A stretch of DNA of 30,183 nucleotides from Pseudomonadota bacterium (lineage in GTDB: Bacteria; Pseudomonadota; Gammaproteobacteria; GCA-001735895). Position numbers and translations under genes: made by a program. This document shows, piece by piece, positions 16,712 to 25,254 of the stretch (within the stretch, counting starts at the first letter, position 1; every line of letters starts with the position of its first letter). The notes under the pieces were generated by a model, which was not told the DNA's origin, made no database searches, and was given only the letters and a program-made list of their open reading frames with translations. Location of the stretch: NCBI GenBank assembly GCA_022545625.1, contig JACZQS010000001.1:1-30183 (forward strand), in the 5' to 3' direction.

Positions 16712-17710
16712 ATGGTCAGTTGTGTTTATGTCGAGACCGAGATTCGCCAGCATCCACGTACCCAACGCATATTAAAACGACTTAACAACACGCCCGTTGT
16801 CGAGATCAGACACTATGGTGAAGTTTTCAATCCAAGGGCGCAAAATTTCCGTCTGCAAAAATCAAATCCCGCGTTAATTATCGCCAGAAAGCACAAGCGG
16901 CAGGTACTGAAAACACCAAAATCTTATGGCATCGGCGGCTATCATAATTATTACTTTTCGCACATGCTCAATTGCATTTACGATTGTCGGTACTGTTTTT
17001 TGCAGGGTATGTATCGATCGGCACACCAGCTAGTATTTATCAACTATGAAGATTTCGCAGCAGAAATTTCACGAGTTACCGCCCAGCATGATGGAGAGCC
17101 AGTCTGGTTTTTCTCCGGGTACGACTGTGACAGTCTGGCCAACGAACCGCTAACCAGGTTTGTGGAATACTTCGTTCCTGTATTTGCCAGGCTGGATAAC
17201 AGCTGGATGGAGCTACGTACCAAAAGTACTCAAATCAGGCAATTGTTGAAACTGGAACCCTGCCCTCGTGTCATCACCGCATTCAGCTTTACCGATCAGC
17301 ATAGCCATCGCAAACTCGAACATGGCGTGGCTTCGATAAAAAAACGCATCGATGCAATGCAGGCACTAGTAGAGTCGGGTTGGCCAGTAGGGTTGAGGCT
17401 CGATCCGATTATCTATCACCATGATTACCAGGCGGCTTTTATACAACTACTTGAACAAATTTTTGCGGTAATCGAACCAACATTATTGCACTCGGTTAGC
17501 CTCGGCGCATTTCGATTGCCGAAAAATAATTTTAAACAGGTTCACAGGCTTTTCCCTGACGAAGCCCTGTTTGCCCAAAACCTGGCCCTTAACAATGATA
17601 TCATCAGCTATCCATTGACTCTGGAACAGGAAATGATCTCGTTTTGTGAACAGCAATTGCTGCAATGGATACCAGCCGAAATTTACTTCCCCTGCAATTG
17701 GCATGACTAA
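16712..17710 (+). CDS. Spore photoproduct lyase (SplB)-like radical SAM protein
   Basis: CIYDCRYC (CxxxCxxC, 16973-16996) followed by FLQ; FIN.ED; GYDCDS; ELRTKS; LEHGVASIKKRI; GLRLDPII; starts 2 nt after the upstream stop. Confidence 0.85.
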   Translation: MVSCVYVETEIRQHPRTQRILKRLNNTPVVEIRHYGEVFNPRAQNFRLQKSNPALIIARKHKRQVLKTPKSYGIGGYHNYYFSHMLNCIYDCRYCFLQGMYRSAHQLVFINYEDFAAEISRVTAQHDGEPVWFFSGYDCDSLANEPLTRFVEYFVPVFARLDNSWMELRTKSTQIRQLLKLEPCPRVITAFSFTDQHSHRKLEHGVASIKKRIDAMQALVESGWPVGLRLDPIIYHHDYQAAFIQLLEQIFAVIEPTLLHSVSLGAFRLPKNNFKQVHRLFPDEALFAQNLALNNDIISYPLTLEQEMISFCEQQLLQWIPAEIYFPCNWHD

Positions 17711-18440
17711 TTCAGCAGTTAGCATGGCAGCACTGGTTACCGGGGCCAGCTCCGGTATAGGTCTTGCCACTACCAAATTATTATTAAAAAATAATTACCA
17801 GGTATTTGGTATCAGTCGGCGCGGGACAGTACCCGGACTCGAAAACGATCAATTTACCGGTGTCGCCATCGATCTCTCCCAACCGGATAAAATAGACGCT
17901 CAGATCGGGACTTTATTAAAACAGTGTCAAATCGATTGCTTTATCCATGCTGCCGGCAATGGCCAATTTGGATCGATCGAGCAATTTTCAGTCTCCCAAA
18001 TCGATACGGCAATCAGGCTTAATCTGACCAGTGCGCTGGTACTGAGCCGCTCGATCGTTCCCCTGTTCAGACGCAGAAACCAGGGGCGTATGATTTTTAT
18101 CGGATCGGAATCTTCTCTAAGCGCGGGAAGAAAGGGGGCTCTTTACAGCGCTGCGAAATTTGGCCTGCGCGGCTTTTGCCAGGCGCTGCGTGAAGATTGC
18201 GCCAGTGACGGCATCAATGTCAGCCTGATAAATCCCGGCCTGGTGAGAAGTCCGTTTTTTGATGGGCTAGCATTTTCGCCGGCGGCAAATTCAGAAAATG
18301 CAATTACGGTCGAGGACATAGCCGAGGTAATATTGCAGCTTTTGCAGAGCAGTCCAGATATAGTATTCGATGAAATTAATATATCGCCGAGGGTAAAGTC
18401 TTTAATATTTTCTGGGTCGCAAACCGGGAATAACAGGTAA
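17703..18440 (+). CDS. Classical short-chain dehydrogenase/reductase (probably NADP(H)-preferring)
   Basis: TGASSGIG, HAAG, IGSES, YSAAK; basic SRR after beta2; ATGACTAA 8-nt overlap with the radical SAM gene. Confidence 0.93.
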   Translation: MTNSAVSMAALVTGASSGIGLATTKLLLKNNYQVFGISRRGTVPGLENDQFTGVAIDLSQPDKIDAQIGTLLKQCQIDCFIHAAGNGQFGSIEQFSVSQIDTAIRLNLTSALVLSRSIVPLFRRRNQGRMIFIGSESSLSAGRKGALYSAAKFGLRGFCQALREDCASDGINVSLINPGLVRSPFFDGLAFSPAANSENAITVEDIAEVILQLLQSSPDIVFDEINISPRVKSLIFSGSQTGNNR

Positions 18441-18442
18441 TA

Positions 18443-18468
18443 CCAGGCAAGCTCGTCGCGTTGCCGGG
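18443..18468. terminator. Weak hairpin between convergent SDR and GGDEF-EAL genes
   Basis: CCAGGCAA / TTGCCGGG, 7 of 8 complementary, no U-tract. Confidence 0.25.
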
Positions 18469-18493
18469 TTGCATGCGTATTAACCTGAGCAGT

Positions 18494-21268
18494 TTATTGC
18501 TTCGCCTTCGCCTTCTTTTTCGCTTTCGTTTTCGTTTTAGGCTTCGGCTTCGACTTGGTTTTCTTTACTTCAGCGGTTTTTAACTCCAACGACTCTATTG
18601 GGGCGGGTTTACCGACATAGTAACCCTGTATATAGTCGATATTGGCTTCGCGCAGGCGGTCAAACATCGTATCCGACTCGACGAACTCGGCAATTACTTT
18701 CATATCGAGACTATGTCCCACCTCGGCCATTGAACGCACAAACACGAAACTGGTGTCGTTATCGATGATGTCGCGAACAAATTCACCGTCGATCTTCAGG
18801 AAATCAACCGGAAACCGTTTTAGATAACTAAACGATGACAGGCCGGTGCCAAAATCATCCAGCGAAAATTTAGCCCCTAGCCGTTTGATAGAGTTGATAA
18901 ATTCGACCGATTTTTCCACATTTTCAACAACCGAAGTTTCGGTAATCTCGAAACATAGTGCGCTTTTTTTGATGTCACTTTGTTGCAGACTTTCATGCAA
19001 GAATTTATGGAAGGTCTGCGAACCGAGGCTGCGCCCGGATAAATTGACTGAAAACATAATTTCCTGATCCTGATGATCCTCTAGCCACTGGATGATAGTT
19101 TTGACCACCCAGGTGTCAATTTTTTCAATCAGGTTATAGCGTTCGGCCGACGGTAAAAAATCGTTGGGTGGAACAATAGTGCCATCTGGTTTCCGATAGC
19201 GAATCAATACTTCATAGTGGGCGCTCTTATCACTCTCGTCTATCGAAATGATTGGTTGCACATAGAGGCAAAAACGATCCTCGTTAAAGCCCTTCATAAT
19301 ACCCGCAACCCAGTCTCTGGACACTTGCTGCGCCATCACGCCTTCGTCGTTTTCGCCGATATAGTGATACTGATTACCGCCGTTTTTCTTCGCTAAAGCA
19401 CAGGCGGTGGTAACCTTCGAGTAAAAATCAGGATATTCGTCATTCATCTGGCCAAAAGCCATCGCGCCAATACTGGCGGTAACCTGATATTGCTTGTCCT
19501 CCCATTCAAAGCCGGTTTGCTGTATTCCAATGATGATTTGCTGCATTACCTGCATCGCTTTATCGATGTCGAAAAACGGCATAATCAGACCGAATTCATC
19601 TCCGCCCAGACGGGACAATATATCCGACTTGCGCACATGCTTTTTTATTATCGAACCTACCTGTCGCAACAATACATCGCCCGCAGTATTGCCGCTGGTT
19701 TCGTTCACAATTCTGAATTGATCGACATCAAGGTATGCCAGCACATGCTGCGGGTCGGTACCATAGTCTTCAGTAACGAGGTTTTCAAACCTTTGTTCAA
19801 AAGCGCCACGATTGAGAAATCGAGTGAGTCGATCATGACTACCCTCATAACTGAGTTTGCGCCGCAGTTTGTGGTCTTCCGAAACATCCTTCAGTATGAT
19901 GACATAGCCGACATCCTCGGCTTCCATGTCGATCATTGGAGAAGCCGAAAATTCCAGTTCAACAATATTCCGCCCGGGGTCGTAAAAAAACATCGAATTC
20001 AGCACGGTTTTCCTGGTCAGTAAATGTTTAATGTCGATAATATGTGTCGCCTGCCGGTTCGAATAAAGGATTAGTGCTTCGTGTATCGATTGGCCTACCA
20101 GGTTTAATTCCTTGTCGCCGAACAACTTTTCGCCCCCTGGATTTACCAGTTTGATCACCCCTTTAGAGTCGATAACGATGACAGGATTGTTAATCGAATC
20201 CAGCGTGGTCGCGATAAAGTCTTTTTCGGATCGAAGTTTTTCTTCCATTTGCCGACGGTTTATTGTCTCGGTTTCGAGCCCTTCGACCATCTCGTTATAG
20301 GACGACACCAAATCACGCAATTCATACGGTAATTTTTTTTCACCAATCGAGGCATATTTACCAGTCAACAGTGCGCCGACAGAATTTCGTAGTGTATTCA
20401 AAGGTGAAAAAGCGCGGCTTAACAGAATTACTACCGCCATGAATACCAGGCCAGTTGCTAAGGTCGTGACGAGCATAAAATTGCCCCTGGTGCGGTCGAG
20501 CTGGCCGAGAAAAAGTTGTTGATCGAACAACCCGGTAATATTGGCGCCGAGGATCAGATCATCCCCGTACAGGTCGAAAACCGAGCGCAATTGGATGTCA
20601 CTAACGGTATCTGGCCAACTACTTGAGCGGTAGCGAACATTTTTATCACCGGTGGTAATCTTAACCGGCATATCAATATGCTCTTCGAGCGCTTTTAGAC
20701 TGTCGATGGCGTAGGCGATAATCTGCAAATAGACCCGCGAATTCAAAATATTAATCGGTGACAGAACTTCGGTGTAGAGATTATTTTCATGCGAGCACAG
20801 CACATTTTTTGAAATCTGGCGATTGAAACTGGCCTCGTTTATAGCGTTCAGAGTCAATATGCACCCGTAATAAGTCTGGCCATTATCACTGGCCTCGGCA
20901 AGAATTTCACCATCGAGATTTCGAATAATCATCGATTTTAAGCGGAATCTATCAGCGTCCCTGGCGAGGTTGTCGAAATTTTCTGTCACCCAGGTTCTCA
21001 GGCGATCTCCATTCGGGTTCTTCAGCGCCTGTTTAAAAGAGTTTTTATTTTGTAGCCTCAAGGCAAAACGGATTTGCCGTTCGTACAGGCTGTCGACTAT
21101 CTCCCGACTTTTTGTTTCCAACATTAATTTCAGGGATTCGGATTTATCTTCAACCGCCAGTTCGCGATAAACCTGGGTGCTGTAAAATGCCAGTCCGTAA
21201 GCCAGCAGCGCTAACCATAAAACTGCTATACCGATTATTAGTTTAAAACTGTAGAGACGGTCCAACAA
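18494..21268 (-). CDS. Membrane-anchored HAMP-PAS-GGDEF-EAL c-di-GMP signalling protein
   Basis: Two TM segments flanking an extracytoplasmic domain; HAMP (PLNTLR..ELRDLVSSYNEM); PAS; RKSD I-site plus GGDEF; EAL motifs EVLIR, NLS, EITE, DDFGTG, KIDGEF, AEFVE, QGYY; TTG start. Confidence 0.95.
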   Translation of the reverse strand: MLDRLYSFKLIIGIAVLWLALLAYGLAFYSTQVYRELAVEDKSESLKLMLETKSREIVDSLYERQIRFALRLQNKNSFKQALKNPNGDRLRTWVTENFDNLARDADRFRLKSMIIRNLDGEILAEASDNGQTYYGCILTLNAINEASFNRQISKNVLCSHENNLYTEVLSPINILNSRVYLQIIAYAIDSLKALEEHIDMPVKITTGDKNVRYRSSSWPDTVSDIQLRSVFDLYGDDLILGANITGLFDQQLFLGQLDRTRGNFMLVTTLATGLVFMAVVILLSRAFSPLNTLRNSVGALLTGKYASIGEKKLPYELRDLVSSYNEMVEGLETETINRRQMEEKLRSEKDFIATTLDSINNPVIVIDSKGVIKLVNPGGEKLFGDKELNLVGQSIHEALILYSNRQATHIIDIKHLLTRKTVLNSMFFYDPGRNIVELEFSASPMIDMEAEDVGYVIILKDVSEDHKLRRKLSYEGSHDRLTRFLNRGAFEQRFENLVTEDYGTDPQHVLAYLDVDQFRIVNETSGNTAGDVLLRQVGSIIKKHVRKSDILSRLGGDEFGLIMPFFDIDKAMQVMQQIIIGIQQTGFEWEDKQYQVTASIGAMAFGQMNDEYPDFYSKVTTACALAKKNGGNQYHYIGENDEGVMAQQVSRDWVAGIMKGFNEDRFCLYVQPIISIDESDKSAHYEVLIRYRKPDGTIVPPNDFLPSAERYNLIEKIDTWVVKTIIQWLEDHQDQEIMFSVNLSGRSLGSQTFHKFLHESLQQSDIKKSALCFEITETSVVENVEKSVEFINSIKRLGAKFSLDDFGTGLSSFSYLKRFPVDFLKIDGEFVRDIIDNDTSFVFVRSMAEVGHSLDMKVIAEFVESDTMFDRLREANIDYIQGYYVGKPAPIESLELKTAEVKKTKSKPKPKTKTKAKKKAKAKQ
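18501..18560. repeat. Degenerate 6-bp tandem repeat encoding the Lys-rich tail of the GGDEF-EAL protein
   Basis: ttcgcc ttcgcc ttcttt ttcgct ttcgtt ttcgtt ttaggc ttcggc ttcgac ttggtt. Confidence 0.8.
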
Positions 21269-21535
21269 TGTTTTACTCTATTGGGAATTTACAGTTCTTA
21301 TAGCCCGATTCTCTCAATTTACATGGAATATCATTAGAAATTTCGACGACTTTATTTGCCACGGCACCATTGGCATGCGTCAAATACGGCAGTTCGAATT
21401 GAATGACAACGCCGGTCAATCACTACATGAGATCGAATATTTTTGATTTTAATCGTATTGGAAAATAATCAGGATAATTTCTGATTTATTTTTTTATTAT
21501 ATTTTTTATTAACTTAGGTGATTTTTCTAAAATGA

Positions 21536-22162
21536 TTATGAGCTCAAAACTCCAGTGCCACCCAGACCACAATAGCCCGAAGGATTCTTTGCCAGGTACT
21601 GCTGGTGATAGTCTTCGGCATAATAGAATTCTCCTGCCGCCTGTATTTCAGTGGTAATCATACTTAAACCCTGTGCTGACAAATTCACCTGGTAATCGTT
21701 CATGCTAGAAACCGCCTGTTGGTGCTGGCTTTCATTGCTGTAATAAATTCCAGAACGATATTGCGTACCCTGGTCGTTACCCTGACGCATACCCTGCGTC
21801 GGGTCGTGCGATTCCCAGAACACTTTTAACAGGATTTGCAGCGACACTACTGCTGGGTCGTAAACTACCAGGACTACTTCGTTGTGCCCGGTCATACCGG
21901 TGCAGACTTCCTCATAGCTGGGGTTTAATGTATGGCCGGCAGCGTAACCTACCGCGGTTGTATAAACCCCCTCCAGATTCCAGAATTTCTTTTCAGCACC
22001 CCAAAAACAACCCAGGCCGAAAATCACCTGTTCCATATTTTGCGGAAATGGCTCCACCATACTTCTGCCGTGCACATAGTGCACAGGATTCAATTGCATT
22101 TTCTCGTCACGACCGGGTAAGGCCTGGGCTGAACTGGGTATTTCCATTGATTTGCTAAACAT
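21536..22162 (-). CDS. msrA: Peptide methionine sulfoxide reductase A
   Basis: [48 protein letters not shown]. Confidence 0.99.
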   Translation of the reverse strand: MFSKSMEIPSSAQALPGRDEKMQLNPVHYVHGRSMVEPFPQNMEQVIFGLGCFWGAEKKFWNLEGVYTTAVGYAAGHTLNPSYEEVCTGMTGHNEVVLVVYDPAVVSLQILLKVFWESHDPTQGMRQGNDQGTQYRSGIYYSNESQHQQAVSSMNDYQVNLSAQGLSMITTEIQAAGEFYYAEDYHQQYLAKNPSGYCGLGGTGVLSS

Positions 22163-22240
22163 TTTGACCTCGTTAATTAACTAGTACCGCATTTGACCTG
22201 TGCCGATTGCCTAGATTCAAATTTTACCGGATCATCTTAA

Positions 22241-22300
22241 AGGAACCTCTGATCAATTCATGAATGAACGCGTTGTGCCCAGAATTAATCAGAGGTTCCT
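22241..22300. mobile_element. 60-bp mini-MITE with 19-bp TIRs and TAA target duplication
   Basis: AGGAACCTCTGATCAATTC (22241-22259) / GAATTAATCAGAGGTTCCT (22282-22300), 18 of 19 complementary; flanked by TAA direct repeats at 22238-22240 and 22301-22303. Confidence 0.8.
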
Positions 22301-23104
22301 TAATTCAATCCAGGTCGGTGCATGATCCGACGGTTTAGGCATCGCCCTGATATCGTAATCAACCCCGGCATCAACCACCGCAGGTCGCAGATTCTCCGAT
22401 ACCAGCAGGTGGTCGATTCGTAGCCCTCGCCTGGGTTCACGCTCGAAACCTTTGCTTCGATAATCAAACCAGCTAAATATATTGTTTTCCTGCGCATGAC
22501 ACAATCGATATCCATCGTGTAATCCGAGCGCAACCAGTGCTTCGAACCATTCTCTTTCCTCGGGCAGAAAACTGGTTTTTCCAGTTTTGAGCCATCGTTT
22601 GGCGTTGTCTTCGCCAATTCCAATATCAATATCCTGCGGTGCAATATTGTAGTCACCCATCACAACCAGTGGCGTCTTATCCATATCAAAAGAATTCAGA
22701 AAACCATTCAGCTCCTTGTAAAACAAGGTTTTAGCTGGAAATTTTAGCGGATGATCGCGGCTCTCGCCCTGCGGGAAATATCCATTAAATACATTCATCA
22801 GCTTGCCATCAACCTCGAATTCGCCACCGATAAAACGTTTTTGCGACTCATCGTTATCATTTGGTAACCCGTAACACGCGTTGCGGCAGTGCGATTTCGA
22901 TAACAATGCAACTCCGTAATGGGTTTTTTGGCCCATATAAATGACCTGGTACCCGAGCGCCTCGATCTCGGCAAGCGGAAATTCGTGATCCTGCACCTTG
23001 GTTTCCTGCAAGCCTATAAATTCCGGGGCATGTTTTTCGATCACCCGAGCCAGCTGGTGTAATCGCACCCGAATGCTATTTACATTAAACGAGACTATTT
23101 TCAT
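22289..23104 (-). CDS. xthA: Exodeoxyribonuclease III
   Basis: MKIVSFNVNSIR, LQETK, GQKTHYGVA, YFPQGESR, GDYNIAP, GLRIDHLL, PSDHAP; ATG 23104 preceded by GGGGGA. Confidence 0.98.
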   Translation of the reverse strand: MKIVSFNVNSIRVRLHQLARVIEKHAPEFIGLQETKVQDHEFPLAEIEALGYQVIYMGQKTHYGVALLSKSHCRNACYGLPNDNDESQKRFIGGEFEVDGKLMNVFNGYFPQGESRDHPLKFPAKTLFYKELNGFLNSFDMDKTPLVVMGDYNIAPQDIDIGIGEDNAKRWLKTGKTSFLPEEREWFEALVALGLHDGYRLCHAQENNIFSWFDYRSKGFEREPRRGLRIDHLLVSENLRPAVVDAGVDYDIRAMPKPSDHAPTWIELRNL

Positions 23105-24440
23105 TATTTCCCCCGGTACTTTGCGCCAGTAAATCAGCCAGTGTGCGTTCACCTAAAACAGATTCATAGCTGGATTCGATGTCGCTCTGTAGTTTCAAAA
23201 TTGACCTGTCACAAAAAATGGCGTCGCCGGAACCGGTAACCTGTGCACCGCGCAAACTGCGTAAAATATCAATCAGGCGTGTGCGACTGATCGACCGCGT
23301 GAGTAGATAACGCGGCGGATCATCCGTGGAGCGGTGCACCAGTTCACCATCTTCCAGCGCATCCAACAGGCGTCGGAGTATTTCCACCGGCACCTGCTGG
23401 TATTGCGCAAGCTTCTCGATCGAGCTTTGCTTATTTGATTGCTGTTCCTGCGAACGGCCAATATTCAGCATCAACTGTAGTGCTATCCGCTCACGCATTC
23501 GACCTGTCAGGTGGACATTCAAATTGCGCCATCTCAGGACTTCAGGGTGCTGGTGATAATAGGCGATACTGGATCCAATGAGTAATATCAGCCAGCTCAA
23601 ATAGACCCAGACAATGAACAACATTACGATCGCGAATCCCGAGTAGATCACTGTATAACTGGTAGAACCAGCGACAAATGCAGCAAACAATACACCGGTA
23701 CTTTGCCAGAGAATGCCGGCTAACAGACCACCATAAAAAGCCGAACCGAGCCTGACACTGGTATCGGGCACGGTGAAGTAAATTAGAGTAAATGCGCTTA
23801 TCACCAGCATGTAAGGCAGAAATTTCCCAAATACCCCGACCATATCGCCGAGTAACGGAAAATCGAAAACCACCGCAGGCATCGACTGGGCAGCCAGCGA
23901 CGCAGTCACAGCCAGGGCAGAGAAAAACAACGTCGGGCCGACCGACAACAAAACCAGGTATATGCTGATACGTTGCACCCAACTGCGCCTGTTTTTCAGT
24001 CGCCAGGTATGATTGAACGCCGACTCAATTTTCCTCATTAATGAAATTGCGGTGTATATCAGCATGCTCACACCCAGAATTCCAAGCAGACCAATCTTCA
24101 TGTTATCGACAAATGTGACGATCCTGGAACTGAATTCAACGCTTTGTTCTCCCAACGGCGCGAGTAAACTCGCCAGCCCCGGCTCTAATTGTTCGTGCAC
24201 ACCAATCCATCTTAATAACCACATACTGACTGCAAGCAGGGGTATGAATGCCAGGAGTGTCGTATAAACCAGGCTCATCGACCGCAGGTTCAGCAGGCCA
24301 CTGACCAGGTCGCGTCCGACCAGTGCCATTATTTGCAAAAAGTGGTGCCAATGGGATCGCCGCTCTCCAGGCTCACAGGGATTGTAAGTCCAGACATAGT
24401 CAACAATTTTTGCCTTGACTGTTGCTGCGTTTACTGGCAT
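23085..24440 (-). CDS. YihY/BrkB (virulence factor BrkB-like) membrane protein with C-terminal winged-helix domain
   Basis: SLVYTTLLAFIP, IESAFNHTW, six TM segments, WVYLSWLILLIGS; C-terminal IEKLA...VP...LRRLLDALEDGELV resembles an Rrf2-like wHTH. Confidence 0.88.
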   Translation of the reverse strand: MPVNAATVKAKIVDYVWTYNPCEPGERRSHWHHFLQIMALVGRDLVSGLLNLRSMSLVYTTLLAFIPLLAVSMWLLRWIGVHEQLEPGLASLLAPLGEQSVEFSSRIVTFVDNMKIGLLGILGVSMLIYTAISLMRKIESAFNHTWRLKNRRSWVQRISIYLVLLSVGPTLFFSALAVTASLAAQSMPAVVFDFPLLGDMVGVFGKFLPYMLVISAFTLIYFTVPDTSVRLGSAFYGGLLAGILWQSTGVLFAAFVAGSTSYTVIYSGFAIVMLFIVWVYLSWLILLIGSSIAYYHQHPEVLRWRNLNVHLTGRMRERIALQLMLNIGRSQEQQSNKQSSIEKLAQYQQVPVEILRRLLDALEDGELVHRSTDDPPRYLLTRSISRTRLIDILRSLRGAQVTGSGDAIFCDRSILKLQSDIESSYESVLGERTLADLLAQSTGGNNENSLV

Positions 24441-24568
24441 GAGTCCCGGGATATCAATAGTCAGAATTTCTCTAGATAATTTTGCATAGCTTATTCCAGC
24501 GCGGTCGAATTAAGCCACTGAATTCTATCCGGGGGTGAGAGAATAATCGCTACTGAAAGGATAATCGA

Positions 24569-25108
24569 CTAACCCCGGAAAGCCTCTTTCGAATTCAAAT
24601 ATTTAATTTCAGCCTCGCTACTTTCACGACCCAGCATTTCATTTCGATGTGGGAAACGTCCAAAGCGTTCCACGATGCCATAATGGTGTCTGGCAAAACG
24701 TAAATTATTTTCCAGTCCAGGCTGGCTAAATAGCTCAACGCCCAGAGCCTGATCGTCCAGGTCCTCGCTATGCATGAACGGCATATACATGAATGATTTC
24801 TGATCTGACGTTAACTCCCTGTCATAAGCCTTATCGATAGCACCGCGGGCTACGGCGAGAGACGATGCGTCGGTGGAAAAGCATTTTGCTGTACCCCGAA
24901 ACATATTTAGCGGGAACTGATCGAGCACAATGACCAGGGCGAGGCTTCCGATTGCGCTCTGCTGCCATCGATCCAGTTTTCCCTGCTTCGCCTGCCGCCA
25001 GGTATCGATATAAGAATCGATCAAGCGTTGATCAAACGACCGGGTCGATTTAAACCAGTATTGCTTTGCTTCATCAGAAAACCAAAAATCTATCAGGGCC
25101 TGGTACAT
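24569..25108 (-). CDS. DUF924 family protein
   Basis: LIDFWF, LALVIVLDQFPLNMFRGT, FMYMPFMHSE, IVERFGRFPHRN..LGRES. Confidence 0.93.
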   Translation of the reverse strand: MYQALIDFWFSDEAKQYWFKSTRSFDQRLIDSYIDTWRQAKQGKLDRWQQSAIGSLALVIVLDQFPLNMFRGTAKCFSTDASSLAVARGAIDKAYDRELTSDQKSFMYMPFMHSEDLDDQALGVELFSQPGLENNLRFARHHYGIVERFGRFPHRNEMLGRESSEAEIKYLNSKEAFRG

Positions 25109-25138
25109 AGTCTCTAGTGTTAGATTCTAACCGCATTA

Positions 25139-25180
25139 CGGTTAACTGAAACCGGTCCGAAAGATCGGTTAATTTAACCG
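25139..25180 (-). terminator. Nested palindrome, possible terminator downstream of tmcA
   Basis: CGGTTAA / TTAACCG enclosing AACCGGTC / GATCGGTT; on the minus strand the inner stem is followed by TTTCAGTT. Confidence 0.35.
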
Positions 25181-25254
25181 ACTATATACCGCACCATCCT
25201 AACCCTTTGCAAATGACTTTCACACTCAATTGATGCGTATTATTTCTGCACTCG

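Noticed and set aside
14989-17702. Longer upstream starts in the ORF track for GT2 (14989), nucleosidase (15879), radical SAM (16682) and SDR (17646)
   Set aside because: They add non-homologous residues and long overlaps; downstream ATGs at 15067, 15900, 16712 and 17703 begin at the first conserved strand and give typical coupled junctions.
16712-17710. Assigning gene symbol splB or inferring sporulation
   Set aside because: The context is a gammaproteobacterial core chromosome with no splA or sporulation genes, and key relay residues appear changed.
15067-18440. Calling the cassette hopanoid (hpnH/hpnG/hpnI) or futalosine (mqnE/mqnB) genes
   Set aside because: The radical SAM protein has SplB-family motifs, not HpnH or MqnE ones, and no squalene-hopene cyclase or other mqn genes are in the window; only the enzymatic logic is analogous.
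21269-21535. Possible c-di-GMP riboswitch upstream of the GGDEF-EAL gene
   Set aside because: GGCAAA and GACGCA fragments occur on the minus strand but in the wrong order and without the GAAA tetraloop/receptor stems.
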